From Trichormus sp. ATA11-4-KO1 (GTDB lineage: Bacteria; Cyanobacteriota; Cyanobacteriia; Cyanobacteriales; Nostocaceae), in contig JAHHIM010000001.1 of the NCBI GenBank assembly GCA_019358915.1, positions 96,001 to 160,000 of the forward strand: DNA of 64,000 bases, in the 5' to 3' direction. Within the stretch, counting starts at the first letter, position 1; every line of letters begins with the position of its first letter. A program made the position numbers and the translations under genes. This document shows, piece after piece, positions 63,330-64,000 of the stretch. The notes beneath the pieces were generated by a model. The model did no database searches and was not told the origin of the DNA. It saw nothing but the letters and a program-made list of their open reading frames with translations.

Positions 63330-64000
63330 ATGCGGATATTTATCAGCACTGGCGAGGTATCTGGCGATTTGCAAGGGTCGTTGTTGATTGCGGCGATCAA
63401 GCGTCAAGCTGCTGGTTTACAACTAGAAATTGTAGCGCTGGGTGGCGAAAAAATGGCAGCAGAGGGAGCCACTATTCTAGGCAATACCAGTGGAATTGGC
63501 TCAATGGGTCTAGTTGAATCCTTGCCTTATATTTTTCCTACTCTCCAGGTGCAACGGCGAGCGATCGCCTACCTCAAACAAAATCCACCTGACTTAGTGG
63601 TACTAATAGACTATATGGGGCCCAATCTCGGCATTGGCACTTATATGCAAAAGCATTTACCACAAGTGCCTGTAGTGTATTACATTGCTCCTCAAGAGTG
63701 GGTGTGGTCTATGAGTTTACGTAACACCGCCCGGATAGTTAGCTTTACAGATAAACTCTTGGCAATCTTCCCAGAAGAAGCCCGTTATTTTCGCCAGAAA
63801 GGCGCTCAAGTTAGCTGGGTAGGGCATCCGCTCATTGATAGAATGCAGGACGCTCCCAGTCGCCAAGCAGCCCGCGCTCAATTGAAAATTCCACCAGAAC
63901 AAAAGGCGATCGCACTGCTCCCCGCCTCTCGTCCTCAAGAATTAAAATATCTGTTACCAGTAATTTTTCAAGCTGCCCAAACTATTCAAGCTAAATTAGC
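63330..64000 (+). CDS. lpxB: lipid-A-disaccharide synthase (runs off the window end)
   Basis: MRIFISTGEVSGDLQG..YIAPQEWVW..LLPASRPQE. Confidence 0.95.
   Translation, partial: MRIFISTGEVSGDLQGSLLIAAIKRQAAGLQLEIVALGGEKMAAEGATILGNTSGIGSMGLVESLPYIFPTLQVQRRAIAYLKQNPPDLVVLIDYMGPNLGIGTYMQKHLPQVPVVYYIAPQEWVWSMSLRNTARIVSFTDKLLAIFPEEARYFRQKGAQVSWVGHPLIDRMQDAPSRQAARAQLKIPPEQKAIALLPASRPQELKYLLPVIFQAAQTIQAKL

Overview
Chromosomal window from a filamentous cyanobacterium, probably Nostocales-like (frequent HIP1 GCGATCGC, heptamer tandem repeats, MITE-like repeats). From left to right it holds an accessory block beside tRNA-Thr(CGT) (LuxR-type regulator, three secreted proteins, CPCC-domain protein), the rimP-nusA-ylxR-infB operon, Uma2 nucleases, radA/rpaB, a type I-D CRISPR-Cas locus (about 28.7-41.2 kb), uvrA, ycf46/ycf35, sqdB/sqdX, a GAF adenylate cyclase, purC and bamA-lpxC-fabZ-lpxA-lpxB. 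The main discovery lies between cas3' and cas10d: an antisense two-repeat mini-array (31862-31962) whose single 27-nt spacer partly matches two GTT-PAM-flanked sites (32007 and 32033) in the adjacent divergent promoter region. The rightward promoter precedes a 65-aa wHTH gene, a structured non-coding segment, an MNT-HEPN toxin-antitoxin pair and the effector operon. This looks like a crRNA-guided, Cascade-mediated repression or addiction circuit in a locus that has deleted cas4 and most of cas1 but kept intact effector genes. All family assignments come from motif recognition by eye; no searches were run.
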